NCBI RefSeq assembly: GCF_001194135.2
Contig: NC_068996.1
Coordinates: 27,273,102-27,337,101, forward strand
Length of the DNA: 64,000 nt
Source: Octopus bimaculoides
Lineage: Eukaryota
Reading direction: 5' to 3'
Part shown: positions 25,788 through 39,555 of the stretch, in pieces
Numbering within the stretch: position 1 is the first letter of the stretch
Layout: every line of letters starts with the position of its first letter
Notes under the pieces: generated by a model
Databases searched by the model: none
What the model was told of the DNA's origin: nothing
The model's input: only the letters and a program-made list of their open reading frames with translations
Position numbers and translations under genes: made by a program

Positions 25788-27399
25788 GTAGTTCTCGGGG
25801 GAACATGAATATCTTTTAAGATTTTGGTGGCAATGTCAAAATAACCAGTGTTGCTTTTTATTAGCTTCTAGTTAATATTTTATTTACTATACAAATCTAT
25901 ATATAAACACACATAAATTTATCATTGTCACTAAGTATAAAATATAATCACGAGATTTGCAAGTCAGCTTAAGGATGTAGCTAAGTGTACGAATAAAATA
26001 AAACATTTCTTTACATATAAGTGTAAAAAAATAAAACGATCAACAAATGCATTAGTTAATCGAAAATAAATCTGAAATAAACATCAGTAAAACAAAAGAA
26101 CCCACATAATTCAAGTAGGTGATGTTTTAACAGATTTGGATTTAAAAGCGGGAAAAAACCCCTTAAAGTGTATTTTTAAATGTCGGATCATGTACTGATG
26201 TAAGATGCTTTCTGTTGCATTTCTAACCGTAAAAAGGGAATCGATTAAGGATAGGGACAATAGAGGAAGTGACGGAAAGGAACTCAGACAATTACCAAGA
26301 GGTAAAAAGCCCCACCAAAATACGGACACACCCCAAAGTAGTTGACAAAAGGCAAACAAAAACCGCATTATAATCTCATAATTAAAAAAGGTTGGGGCGG
26401 GGGGCTTAAAAGTAAAAGCGGCCTTACATACAGACGTATAAAACGTGTAAATTTTGTAGGTTTTTTTTTTTTTTGCAAGAAAAGACATGATGGGAGGAGG
26501 AAAAAAATGAAAAGACGGTTATAAGATGTCACAAGTGTCTGAACAACGAATCAATGAGTCAGGAATTACGCTAACTTCATATCAGTTATGTCACTGCAGT
26601 TTTCAGCTGTTGCATGAATATAGTTCTATAATTAATGAAGGTGTCCGAAAATAGCGTTCGTGCGTGCGTATGTATGTGTGGTATCGTATTGCGGTTATAC
26701 TGATAGAAACATTCATAGCGAGAAAATTTGTAACATCCGTTAGAAGCCTAGTAAAATAAGAGCATGACTACCATTATTAGTTCTGAAATATAAATTCAAC
26801 TAAGTGAATTGAGTTTGTAACCTAACAATTGTTTCAAACAAATGCGAGTCCAGAAACGAAACATCAAAACACTAAGAAATTAATTCAGTATCGTAATGAG
26901 ACAAAAAGCGGAGATATTTTTTAAAGAGTAAAGCATTTTATAGTCAAATATTCACATAAGGCCTTCTAAACCATACAAATTGTATAATTGGGGGCATGAT
27001 CGCTTAAAATACATTTACTACACAATCAAAACAATTATTCATTTTTTTAAATTCGAAGACTCATTAGCTGGGGTGGGGTGGTCTAAAAGATTCGACGAAA
27101 TAAATTTTCAAAACATCGTAACAATAAGAAAATGATAAAAAATTTCATTTCGACAACTTCTAAAAGTCTAGATTAACGATGAAAACCGATGATTGTTGAA
27201 ATCGAGTACTTCAAGACTACATTTACATACTTCCTAACATATTGCTCTTTCTCTCATACATATATAAATACATATACATAATGTACGTATTCATTTATAT
27301 CTATAAATCTACACACACACACCTAGTCCATCCGAGGTGCGGAAAATATCTGACAAAATAGGTTTTAAATTAATCATTTGTATAATCAACCAGGCAATA

Positions 27400-28300
27400 C
27401 AGGGAGTGTATCACACCAAATGACGGGTAGCAATATAATCACTAGCTGATATCTCTGCAGTTGCTTCTTCTAGAGCATCTAACTGATGGATCAAACTATG
27501 AAGTACAACTGATTAAGGAGACATCCACTCAGGTGAGATGTGGTTCAGATTTGTCCCAAGTCAGAGTACCACTGATGTTTCTCTTCACAGAGAGACAATT
27601 AATTGCAATTAATTGTTGTGGTAGCAGACCACGAAACATGGTTGAAATTCCTCAAGAATAGTTCCTGGACATTAGTAAGTCTCTCTACCGAGTATTTGTT
27701 GATCTAGAGAAGGGCTTTGACAGAATATAATGATCTGTTGGTCACTAAAAAACTAGTTTAAGTTGAAGCCATGTAACAGACGCAATCAGCAAGGTGAGAG
27801 TTAATAATGAATTCACTGAGGAATTTAGCATACAGCAGGCTCAGTTCTTAGCTCCCTTCAACTTTATATAGGCCTGTAGGCCTTAACAGAAGTGTTTGGG
27901 TTGATGCTTATAGCAGAGGCTGTGAAAGATTTAGAGAAAAAATTCCAGACATGAAAGCAAAGTTTAGAATCAAGAAGCCCCAGAGAAGACTAAGGTTTTA
28001 GTAAAAAAGAAGACAAGGCTGATATGATCAGGGAAATAACCATGTTCAATATGTGGAAAAGGAGTTGGTAGAAATGAAACTCAGTGTATCTTGTGTGATA
28101 CATGGGTGCTCAAGGAATATAGTGGAACCAAAGGTAAGCTGTCAGTGGCTTAGAGATATTTCCTGTGGTCGGTGTACAAGTATAAGGAACCATAAAAGCT
28201 GTAAATGTCTTGCAATGCTCAGAGGACTCTATAGAATAGCTTGTTATCTAGCAGTGAGAAAGGCCCTGATCTCTTGTACTTTACCCCTCTCTATTCGTCA
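27400..28300 (+). mobile_element. Highly decayed RTE LINE reverse-transcriptase fragment
   Basis: Frameshifted motifs: ..STTDVSLHRE../..FVDLEKGFDR../..SKVRVNNEFTEEFSIQQ..GSVL, corresponding to RTE RT domains 2-4. Confidence 0.6.
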
Positions 28301-29409
28301 CCAAGCACAAAGTTGTCCCCTTGGGATTCATAGTCTTGCAAGCTGCATAGTAATCTCAGTAGTGCTGGTTGCACAAAATATGTACTCAGTACAACCTTGT
28401 GAAGTAGTTAGTGTTAGGAAGAGTATCCAGCCATAGAAATCATGCCAGATCAGATGCTGGAACACAGTCCTTTGGTCCCATAAGATCCTGGCAAACTAAC
28501 ACAAACTAGCATGAAACATGGACATTAAGTGACGATATATATAATATATATAAAGAGTTTACATCTGATGTTAAGACTGCCCATTAAAGATGGCTAGAAG
28601 TGGTTTGTCCTTGAGCTGGTAAAAATATATTAAAAACAGAGAATGAACAAGCAAGACATATGGTAACATTTAAGACCATTTAATTTATAATTTAAAAATA
28701 GTGCAGAGTAGTTATAGTTTCTAGAATAGCTAAACATATGGATCTTATATTATTGAGTAAAGATTTCCACATCAACCAGCTATACTGTCATTGGAGAGAG
28801 AGAAATAAATATTCTTAATCCAGGATATTTTTAGTTACTAGTTCATTGAAGAATTAAGGAATGTCGAAAGTAAAAGATGATATTGGCTGGTATATCCATG
28901 ATAAAAAGACGAAGGAGATCCATAGTAAAAGATAGTGACGATTAGTCACCATTGTCGAAGTATTGCAAAAAAATCCATGGTAAAAGAAGACAGAAGTTGT
29001 AGATCCATCATTGAAAATAGAGTGAGGTAGGTATGAGTGGAAGGCTTTCAGATAGTATACAGCAAAATGAAGGAGAGACAGAGTAGTAAGTACATGAGAG
29101 TAGATAGAGACTAGTTGGTATTAGGGGCATACATAAAGCAGTTAAGTGGATGTATATAGACACTGATACATACACACAGACACATATAGATACACCTAAT
29201 TTACACTACTATATTGTAATGTAAGTACATGTCTGAAGCAAGATTCTTACAAATTTCTATGTGAAGCTATTGAAGCAATACTTATTGATAATTTTAATTT
29301 TTCTGACTTAAAAATATATCATCTTTACATTTTAATTTATATATTTTCTTGCAATTTCAAATTAATATGCAACACAGAAAAGTGAAGCAGCATAAATGTG
29401 TTTTATTAA

Positions 29410-30800
29410 GCAAAGGCTCTGTTGTAGACATTGTTTCCTGCAATTTGGTATTCAGATGAAAAAGTGTTGTCTTAATCCAACGTGTGAACAAGCAACATTG
29501 AACTGACCATGAGAGAATCATGGATTTGTCAGTTTAATCCCATTAACCTCAAGAGTTTGTCCCAGTGACTTGTGATTGTGTCAGTGGAAAATGAAGGTGC
29601 ATCACCTGAAATAGTATATTTGACGGGACAAAATGAATGCATGGGATAAAAATACCTCCCCTAGCACAAGAAATCATAATGGTATCTTCAATTACATTAA
29701 AATTTTATCAGCTCATTTTGTACTGTTACAGAGTTGTGGTGTATCCAAATCTCATAGCAACATAATTGGTGCTGCTATTTTCAGCACTGATTAGTGGGCA
29801 GCATTGTTAATGTCAACTACACAGTGAACTGACTTGTATCATTTGGATTGAATGAGAACCTGTGGTATGATGGGCATATTAATATCCTGCACAATGTTAT
29901 TTTTATGAGCTTGGATGGCACATTCACTAAGCCATTCATAATTTCTATAATTTTGCAAGAACCTACAATAAACTACAAATAGTATCTCTTGGTGTATGTT
30001 GATTCTATAAAGGTTTATTTATAGGGACTTCTCTACTCTCAGTGTAATTAAACATTGCTTGTAAATGAAGTAAAACAATTGCAAACTAGTCATATCTATT
30101 GAGTATACAGGTTCACAGAGGACTTTCTTGTGCACAAAATTACAGCTTTTTCAAATGAGGTTCCTGCTATAGAAAAAAGACTATCTGAACAAACCAAAGT
30201 TAGGTTGTTCAAAAGTTTTGCCAGCACAAGTAACATCAAAGAAAACTATTTTCTATGCTAGATATAACTTATGTGATCCTTGTTTAAGATTTTTGGGGTT
30301 TTTTTTTCAATCAAGAGCAGTTGCTCTATTTGTTGAATGCATACCTAGTTGTCAAAAGAATCTTTCAGAATTACTGCTCTAAAGGATCTTTTAAGAACTG
30401 CAGCTGCAGTTTTTACTGCAGTTGGTAGCCTATACAGTTCATGATCCTTGTCAGTCACGAATTGTACAATATCTTTTGAATGAGGATCAGAAGTTTGGGA
30501 TTTTTGACTCTTGTTGCACTTAAGACATTGTCTCCTGTCATAATGTCCTGGTCATTATGCCAAAGATGGCGAGGACTGAATGGTGAACAGATACAGAAAA
30601 TGACTTCAAAAAGGCTTCTAATTTTCACTTACAAGGCACTGTTCCAGTTTGCATCATCTTCCAAGAGGCATTTTCTCTGGCAAAGTTTCACAGTATGTTG
30701 CAAAGACATATCAAGGAATGGTTTTGAGGCCCTGGGATGACAATGGACCAGGAATATTGTGCAGGAGCTGTCTGAGATTGAATTATGTTTATTAAATCTC
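29410..30800 (-). pseudogene. Decayed Helitron Rep/helicase (PIF1-like) coding remnant
   Basis: Ordered minus-strand motifs: FNLRQLLHNIPGPLSSQGLKT; CLLEDDANWNSAL; IRSLFEVIFCICSPFSPRHLW; Walker-A remnant FFDVTCAGKTF (~30210-30245); FSHGQFNVACSHVG (~29477-29517, helicase motif VI). Many stops and frameshifts. Confidence 0.8.
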
Positions 30801-31059
30801 CTCATTTAATAAAAGTCATATCTTCAACTGCCTAGTATACAGTTTCTTATACTATAGAAAATAGGAAATAATTCATTCTTGGCTTCACATTTAAATTTGC
30901 ACATGTTAAAATTAAAAAGCAAATGTTAGACAATAATATTGGAAGAAAATTATACCTTACATGAAATATTTACATAATATATTGAAAAGTTGTCATTTAT
31001 ATTCTTTTACACAGACATGTCGTTGTGTCATTATATATCAGCATTTGTATACATATAAC

Positions 31060-31430
31060 TTTTATTTGTTTCAATCATCAGACTAAAACCATGCTGAGGC
31101 ACTGCCTTTGAAAACTTTAGTTGAACAAATCAACCCCAGGACTTTCTTTTAAAATCTGGTATTCATTTTACTGGTGTCTTACACCAAACTGCTAAGTTAT
31201 GGGGATGTAAACACACCAACACCAATTGTCAGCCAGGGTTGGGTTCAAACAGGCCAAACACACAAACATACACAACAGGCTTCTTTCAGTTTCAGTCTAC
31301 CAAATCAACTCACAAGGCTTTGTTTGGCCTGAGGCTATATTAGAAGACACTTGTCCAAGGTGCCACACAGTGGGACTGAACCTGGAACTTGTGATTGGAA
31401 GCAAACTTCTTACCGCACAGCCATGCCTAT
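31060..31430 (-). mobile_element. tRNA-derived SINE, same family, minus strand
   Basis: Reverse-complement homology to 22718-23092 along its length. Other minus-strand fragments at ~900-1010, 13080-13205, 17240-17400, 19510-19660 and 42217-42420. Confidence 0.75.
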
Positions 31431-32160
31431 ACATACATAGGTGCAGGCACAGGTTAAATCCCACTAAGAAGCTCTTTGGGCAAGCATCTACTACAATCCT
31501 AAGCCGGTCATAGCTTTGTGAATGGATCTGAAAGAAACTGGGGAAAAAAAAAGCCCATATAATTGTGTGTGTGTGTGCACGCATATGTTCATGTATGTAT
31601 GCATCTGCACTAATACAAAAGTTATGACATTTATATGTTGTTGTAGTTGATACATCTATCAATAAATTACCCACTTACTTTTTGTCTTCAAAGCTCCCAT
31701 ACTTGAAAAATGCATATTAGTATCAAAAAAGGCATGCAGCTGTAATACATTGCTTCAATAGCATATCCAGACCCAAACCAGAATGAAAAAAAAACAGATG
31801 TAAAAATGTACAGAAAGATATGTATGACTATGGTTGACATCAGAATGGAACCTAGTGCAGCTCTCCTGCTTGCCAGCTCTGGTCAAACCGTTCAACACAG
31901 GAAACAGACGTTGAAGGATGATGATGACATACACATATACATCCATTTTTGGTGGTAGACTTTAACCCAACTGGTTTAAAACTACTTGACACCTTAGGCA
32001 CCTATAGGTGACTCCTCAGTTGCAAGCATTCAGTCCAGGCCTCCAGTTTGAAGAAACCTTACTCCCTCCTACCAGTCTCAAAGGACCTCTAACATGGGAG
32101 CACTGACCTCCCTAGTGATGACAACAACACACACACAGCTCACAAATTATCAAGGCATGG

Positions 32161-32198
<38 letters not shown>

Positions 32199-33207
32199 CA
32201 AAAGTATACAAACATATATACACACATATAATGCTGAAACATTTTGTACAGTGTTCATCAAATACCTTCATAGAAATGAGCAAAGAAGTATATATATATA
32301 TATATATGTATATATATACACACACACACACATATAAAACAGAAGAATAAAAAAGTGTAAATCTAACCAACCAGAATTACAGACAGGAAGACAAATAGAT
32401 AGATATAGGAAGTATCCGGAAGAGGTAGAGGCATCATGGTGTGATTTGAGAAGCTATACTTCATAATCACATAGCACCCTGAGCCAGTTTTCTATTATAT
32501 CTCAGGGCTAACCAAAACCTTGTAAGTGACTGTGGCAGGCAGAAAGTTTTAGGAGCTCAATATGTATAAACATATATATTGGGGTGGGGGGAAGATTTTG
32601 TTTGTCACTGTTTTGGAGAAACAGGAGATGTTTACATTCTCTTGACATTATTAATGGTTGCTCTACAGTTTGAAGAACTGTGGAATATTAAAAAAATCTT
32701 TATAACTTGAAAAATAAGCGAGGGAAGAGTAGCAGTTTATAGAATCCTAATTCTTTTACAAGACAAGCTAGTAAAACAAATTCATAATACACATATACAT
32801 ATAGCATCATCATCATTGTTTTAATGTTCACTTTTCCATGTTTGCATAGATGGGATGGAATTTTGCTGAAGTGGGTTTTCTACAACCTGATGCCCTTCCT
32901 GTTGCCAACTCATATCCAAGCAAACAAAAAATTCCCCATGACCAGACATACTTTCACATAAGATTGGTAACAACATTATGTGTATGACAGTGACATATTT
33001 ACAACTATCACATGCTGCCAAGATAAGGTGACACAAACATTCACACGAGTCTGCCTTCATTTACAAGGTTCGAGTCAGCTTGGTGCTTCAGTATACTTGC
33101 CCAAAATGCCATAAATTGAGATTAAACTCAAAACTAAACGGATAAGAAGTGACCTTAATCACATAGCTATACCTGAACCAATATATATATATATATACAC
33201 ACACACT

Positions 33208-33248
<41 letters not shown>

Positions 33249-33479
33249 CACATATACAGATGTACAATACACATACATAGATAACATGGAGATATATAAA
33301 AATACATACATTCAACACATCTACTAGAGATAATAGTATATTCAGTCACACACTAAAATAGTAGCTTCTAGCCAAGAGAAGTCATCAGATGATGTCCAAC
33401 TTCCCACAAGTGTTACAAACCTAAATCACGTCCTCAAGTTAGCAGATTGGCAGTGATGGCCACTTACTGTCCATTTTCT

Positions 33480-34390
33480 GGTTTCCAATGTAACCCCCTC
33501 TTCCTTGCTCAGGTTAGCAAGATTCCACTACTGCCACCAATCTGCAAGTAACTGTCTTCTTGCCACTCTGATATCAGCATCTTCTATACTGATTATGCTG
33601 AAATCTTGGCTGTCAACTTCAACAGTAAATAACCAGGCCTGCCACTCTTTTACCCTACACAGCTGAACCAGATCATGGTATTTGATGGTTCCCTTCCCAG
33701 AAACCTCTATACATTCATCTTCCCATGGTACTATCAGTTCAATCAGAATTATCTTTGTTTCATCAGACCATGCACAGACATCAGGCGTTTGGACCACACA
33801 CATAGAGATATACACATGTATACACAGATATACACATATCACACACGTGAATGAATGACTAATCTCATCCACATTGCTGAGGGTTGTGGAGTTCAGACAC
33901 AAACACCATCACTCATCATACACTGTGTTCTCACATCCCAGGTAACTTCTTCATTGCTAGGGTTAGGGTCCCATTCTTATGTCTACCTCCTCTCTTCTTG
34001 ATGAAACAGAGTTAGTGTGCCCCAATTTAACATTGATGTCTCTACTCTAAGCCCTTTCATAGGTACTCACAGACAGTAATGATTAATGCATGAAGTCATC
34101 CCTCTCAATTTGGCTGCCTTGCAGGGCCACTTGCCCAGAGCTTAGTGACATGCTTTAACAAAGGATAACAGGTACCTTGCTCCTCGTGGTCTTAAAGCAC
34201 AGCTAAAACTAGGTTGGAATATCTAACAACCTGTACGATTGATAGACATTAACCATATTCATTCATTTGACAGGTATTGTTTGTCCAGTTGGGTCTTTAG
34301 ATGCCCTCTTTAACAAACAAGCCTGGTATGTGAAGTGGTTTAATTGCCACTAACACAACCATGCAACAACTTGTGCCAGACTACTACTAC
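33480..34390 (-). mobile_element. HERO-like (restriction-like endonuclease) non-LTR retrotransposon 3' remnant
   Basis: TPDVCAWSDETKIILIELIVPWEDECIEVSGKGTIKYHDLVQLCRVKEWQAWLFTVEVDSQDF matches the HERO RLE pattern RPD..WS..K...ELTVPWE....K..KY..L...C...W....VEVG.RGF. A microsatellite interrupts it at ~33795-33845. Confidence 0.75.
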
Positions 34391-34404
34391 TTATTTATTG
34401 TATC

Positions 34405-35021
34405 TATCATCATCATCGTTTAATGTCCACTTTCCATGCTAGCATGGGTTGGATGATTTGACTGAGGACTGGTGAACCAGATGGCTACACTAGGCTCCAA
34501 TCTGATTTGGCAGAGTTTCTACAGCTGGATGCCCTTCCTAACACCAACCATTCTGAGAGTGTAGTGGGTGCTTTTACATGCTACTGGCACGAAGGCCAGT
34601 CAGGCGGTACTGGCAACGGCCACGCTCAAAATGGTGTATATTACATGCAACCTGCACAGGAGTCGGTCCAGCGGCACTGGCAACGATCTAGCTCGAATGT
34701 CTTACATGTGTCATCACGATTTCGCTTTTGCTTGCCCCAACAGGTCTTCGCAAGCCGGGTTTCATGTCCAATGAAGGAGACGACGTTGGCATGGGTGCCA
34801 GTCATCGAATTTAGTTCGATTTCGATTTCACTTGCCTCAACAGGTCTTTGCAAGCGGAGTTTAGTGTCCAATGAAGGAAAGGTACGCATAAGTGGGCTGG
34901 CTACATCCCTGGCAGAGGCCTTGGATTTAGGTCTCACTTGGCTTGCCAGGTCTTCTCACGCACTGCATATATACATACACATACACACATATATATATAT
35001 ACATACATACAGACATACATA

Positions 35022-35052
<31 letters not shown>

Positions 35053-35104
35053 ACATACATACACATATATAGCTACACACACACATACACATATATATAT
35101 AGCT

Positions 35105-35139
<35 letters not shown>

Positions 35140-35600
35140 CACACACGATTTTACTTAGCTTGACATGTCTTCTCAAGTACAGCAAACAGTCGAAAGTTTC
35201 AGTCCCTTGTCTCCTCTGTGAGGCCCAACATCTGAAGATCCTTTCTTACTACTACATAGCACATCTTCCTGGATCTACCCCCATCCACGCATTGCTTACC
35301 CAATTAGAGATCGGCATTTCTTGATGCAGCTGTCCTCATCCATACACATCACATGACCACACCAACAGTCTTTTCTCTTTCACACATCTGATACCTTGAA
35401 CACCCAGTTCCTCTCTCAAATCACTTACACTCTGTTGTAAATGCACACTGACATTACCCATCCAGCAGAGCATGCTGTCTTCATTTCTCTCAAGCCTTCC
35501 ATGTCTTCAGTTGTCAGAGCCCATGTCTCACTACCAGGTAGTATAGTTGTCTGCACACAGGCATTATACAATTTGCCTTTCACTTAGAGAGAAAGTAACT
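34405..35600 (-). mobile_element. Two tandem RTE LINE 3' ends separated by a microsatellite
   Basis: 35150-35600 encodes LYNACVQTT.LPGSETWAL..EKTCQAK*. 34405-34965 restarts at AVREKTWQAK* and carries the 3' UTR plus the (GAT)n tail. Confidence 0.75.
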
Positions 35601-35828
35601 TCCCATGCTTATGTCACATAAAAGTGTCTGTGCCCATGCCACATTTAAAGCACCCAGTACATTATGTAAAATGGTTGGCTTTAGAAAGGGCATCCAGCCA
35701 TAGAAACCATCCTAAAACAGGCAAATGGAGTCCAGACAGCTCTCCTGTCAAACCGTTCAACCCATGCCAGCATGAAGAACACATTAAATGATGATGTATA
35801 TACATATAGAAATGCATATATATATATA

Positions 35829-35991
35829 GGCGCAGGAGTGGCTGTGTAGTAAGTAGCTTGCTTACCAACCACATAGTTCTGGGTTCAGTCCCACTGCGTG
35901 GCACCTTGGGCAAGCGTCTTCTACTATAACCTCGGGCTGACCAAAGCCTTGTGAGTGGATTTGGTACACGGAAACTGAAAGAAGCCCGTCG
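35829..35991 (+). mobile_element. tRNA-derived SINE 5' half (runs into gap)
   Basis: Near-identical to 22718-22880. Confidence 0.85.
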
Positions 35992-36587
35992 NNNNNNNNN
36001 NNNNNNNNNNNNNNNNNNNNNNNNNNNNNNNNNNNNNNNNNNNNNNNNNNNNNNNNNNNNNNNNNNNNNNNNNNNNNNNNNNNNNNNNNNNNNNNNNNNN
36101 NNNNNNNNNNNNNNNNNNNNNNNNNNNNNNNNNNNNNNNNNNNNNNNNNNNNNNNNNNNNNNNNNNNNNNNNNNNNNNNNNNNNNNNNNNNNNNNNNNNN
36201 NNNNNNNNNNNNNNNNNNNNNNNNNNNNNNNNNNNNNNNNNNNNNNNNNNNNNNNNNNNNNNNNNNNNNNNNNNNNNNNNNNNNNNNNNNNNNNNNNNNN
36301 NNNNNNNNNNNNNNNNNNNNNNNNNNNNNNNNNNNNNNNNNNNNNNNNNNNNNNNNNNNNNNNNNNNNNNNNNNNNNNNNNNNNNNNNNNNNNNNNNNNN
36401 NNNNNNNNNNNNNNNNNNNNNNNNNNNNNNNNNNNNNNNNNNNNNNNNNNNNNNNNNNNNNNNNNNNNNNNNGTTCCGTTGTCTGTAGTTTATTGTTCTA
36501 ACGTCCTGTACCCTGATATGCATGTATATACACATGTAGATGTAAGTATGTACATATATGTGTGTATACATGTATATATATTCTTTG

Positions 36588-36640
<53 letters not shown>

Positions 36641-36659
36641 AACACATATACATTCCCAG

Positions 36660-37500
36660 CTATGAACAGATAGTTGTACATTATCTTTCTTTTATTAATA
36701 TTAATTCTGAGTCTACATGTTTTGTTTTCTCCTTTTAGTTCTCTGGGCATTTTTGTTGAATCTTTAATGCTCCTAGAAATGAGTACAATATCATCAGTGA
36801 ATTTGAGATGATTTAGCCTGCATCCATTTATTTCTTTATCTGACCAAAATTCGTTTTTAAAAACCTTTTTCTAATACAGATGTGAATTTCGGTGATATGG
36901 TGTCTCCCTGTCTAACTCTTTTACTGATTTTGATATCAATCTCTTTGTTGTTTATAGTAGCTATAGTTCTACAGTTGGTGTACATTATTCTCTAATAACT
37001 TCACATAATCTCCTTTGATTCCCTTTTCCTCCAGTGCTCTAGTTGAACATATAAAGCAATATACCTATCTTGGACAAATAATATGCTTAGAAAAAAAAAA
37101 TCAGATCAAAGAAAATCAACAATGAATACAACTAAGAGGGACAGCCTTTGGTAAATTGAATCACATGTACAATAACTTGCATATGTGTCTAAAAAGAAAG
37201 GTCTTCAACCAGTGTGTGCTGCCTACTATTATGTATGCATCAAAAACATGAACCACCAACAAGAGTATTGAAAATAAATTAACATCAACACAATGAGCCA
37301 TGGAAAGGAGAATGCTGAATAGTGGAGAAACAACAGGATAAGTGTGGCAACAGGTCAGTATTATTTTGAAAATTTTCAGGATATGTGTTTAGAAGAAAGA
37401 ATAATAGATACAACAGCAAATTGACAGAGTGGCCACCACATCCAGAAAAAAAAAAACAGAGGGAAGATTGATGAAGAAAACATAAGACCATCATCTAGCA
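36660..37500. mobile_element. RTE LINE fragment with 5' inversion
   Basis: 36660-37042 on minus: ALEEKGIKGDYVKLL..KRVRQGDTISPKF..RLRININKRKIMYN. 37043-37500 on plus: VEHIKQYTYLGQII..AFGKLNH..CLKRKVFNQCVLPTIMY..AMERRML..TEWPP. Confidence 0.8.
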
Positions 37501-37900
37501 GTGTAATGAACATGCATAAGGATTATTATATATATNNNNNNNNNNNNNNNNNNNNNNNNNNNNNNNNNNNNNNNNNNNNNNNNNNNNNNNNNNNNNNNNN
37601 NNNNNNNNNNNNNNNNNNNNNNNNNNNNNNNNNNNNNNNNNNNNNNNNNNNNNNNNNNNNNNNNNNNNNNNNNNNNNNNNNNNNNNNNNNNNNNNNNNNN
37701 NNNNNNNNNNNNNNNNNNNNNNNNNNNNNNNNNNNNNNNNNNNNNNNNNNNNNNNNNNNNNNNNNNNNNNNNNNNNNNNNNNNNNNNNNNNNNNNNNNNN
37801 NNNNNNNNNNNNNNNNNNNNNNNNNNNNNNNNNNNNNNNNNNNNNNNNNNNNNNNNNNNNNNNNNNNNNNNNNNNNNNNNNNNNNNNNNNNNNNNNNNNN

Positions 37901-37939
<39 letters not shown>

Positions 37940-38126
37940 TTTAACATGCACTTTTCTATGGCATGATGGGCTTCCTGCAGCCATCCCTCACCAGTTTCCA
38001 AATTTGATAATATTTTCCCATGACTGGACATGTTATTGAAGATTGGATGATAGTAACATTCATTTACAACTATCATGTAATTTCAAGGCAAGAAGACAGT
38101 AACACACGTGTGTGTGTGTATGTATG

Positions 38127-38170
<44 letters not shown>

Positions 38171-39521
38171 CACAGACTCATATGTACACATACATGAACA
38201 CACATATACATACATATGGTGTATACATATGAGCATGCATTTACATATATTTACACACAAGCTTACATTTACATGTATGAATATGTGCATGGAAGGCCGG
38301 CATTAAATAATGATAATGCATCCATACACATATGACAGGCTTCTTTGAGTACCCATTTATCAACTCCATTCATAAGATTTTGGTCAGCTTAGGAGAATAG
38401 TGGAAGATACTTGCTCTTGATGTTATGCAGTAGGACTAATCTCAGAACCACATGGTTGAGACAACAAACTATTTAACCAGAGCCATGAACACATGTACAG
38501 ATGCATACTTATGTACATACACATAAACACACGTGAACAAAGAAAACAAAACTGCAAAGCAAAATTTGAATTCATTATCATTTAAAGTCAAGTTTAGAGA
38601 AAATTTCAAGAGGAGGACATGAAAGTTCCCTTGGAAGTATCCTCCAAATGCTTACCAAAAACCTTACAGGTTTTTGTGAAGAATTTGCGGAACTGATGTA
38701 CATCACATAACAATCTGTTGACCATTCAATATATCACACAACCCAGTATTTCACAGGAAACTAGTCTACTGAGAAAGTGTCAGAAAATGATATCTATTAC
38801 AAATCAGTGTGCCATTATTATAATTTAGATAAAGTGAAGCAGCAGAGTAATGTGGTTTCTGAAGCATCAAAGAAGATTTTACAACTTTTACAATCAAAAA
38901 CTTTAGTTCTGAAAATAAAAAAAAAGCTATCTAAACCAACAATGTCATACATCAATGGGCAAAATACTGCTAGGAGCTCTCCAATTAGGAGTTAAAACAG
39001 TTACTAAAATATCAATGAAACTTTAAAAAAAAAAAAAAAAAAAACTTCCGCAAAAACAAGAGAAGGAAGCTGTGTACTTTGTGAAAAAGAATAAAGACAG
39101 TTTGAAATGACAATCTCCCAGCAAGGTTCTTGAGATAGAGAAGTTTTGAACTATCAAAGAATTTAACTATACTATACAAGTTATGGTCTCTGTTCACTAC
39201 AATAAGTCAATGCAGCAAAATCGTAGCAAGTATCTTAGGTACTTCTCAACCACATGGTTTCAGGTTTAATTTCATATCAATACAAATATCTTCTGTACTT
39301 TGAGACTGATCAATGACTTGTGAAATGATGGAAATTGTAGGAAGCCCATTATATATATATCGTTTGTAGAAAACATAAGTCCGAAAGAAGCACACTCTAA
39401 GATGTAGAGCAGTATATATTAAAAACGAGTAAGGCCGGTTTATGGGATCTGACGATACGCCATAAAGATAAACCCTTTATGGACGGGAAACCTAAGGTAA
39501 TTCCATAAACAGGCCTTCCCC

Positions 39522-39555
<34 letters not shown>

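Noticed and set aside
26111-26488. 125-aa minus-strand ORF as a nested gene
   Set aside because: Low-complexity, no recognisable domain, starts next to a poly-T/A run.
33360-33395. Minus-strand CTGATGA with the CTTCT/AGAAG stem at the HERO-like 3' end
   Set aside because: No GAAA or cleavage-site geometry.
38600-39200. Coding-looking AT-rich stretch (DIYYKSVCHYYN..)
   Set aside because: Multiple stops, no splice-consistent exon and no family I can name; possibly decayed transposon.
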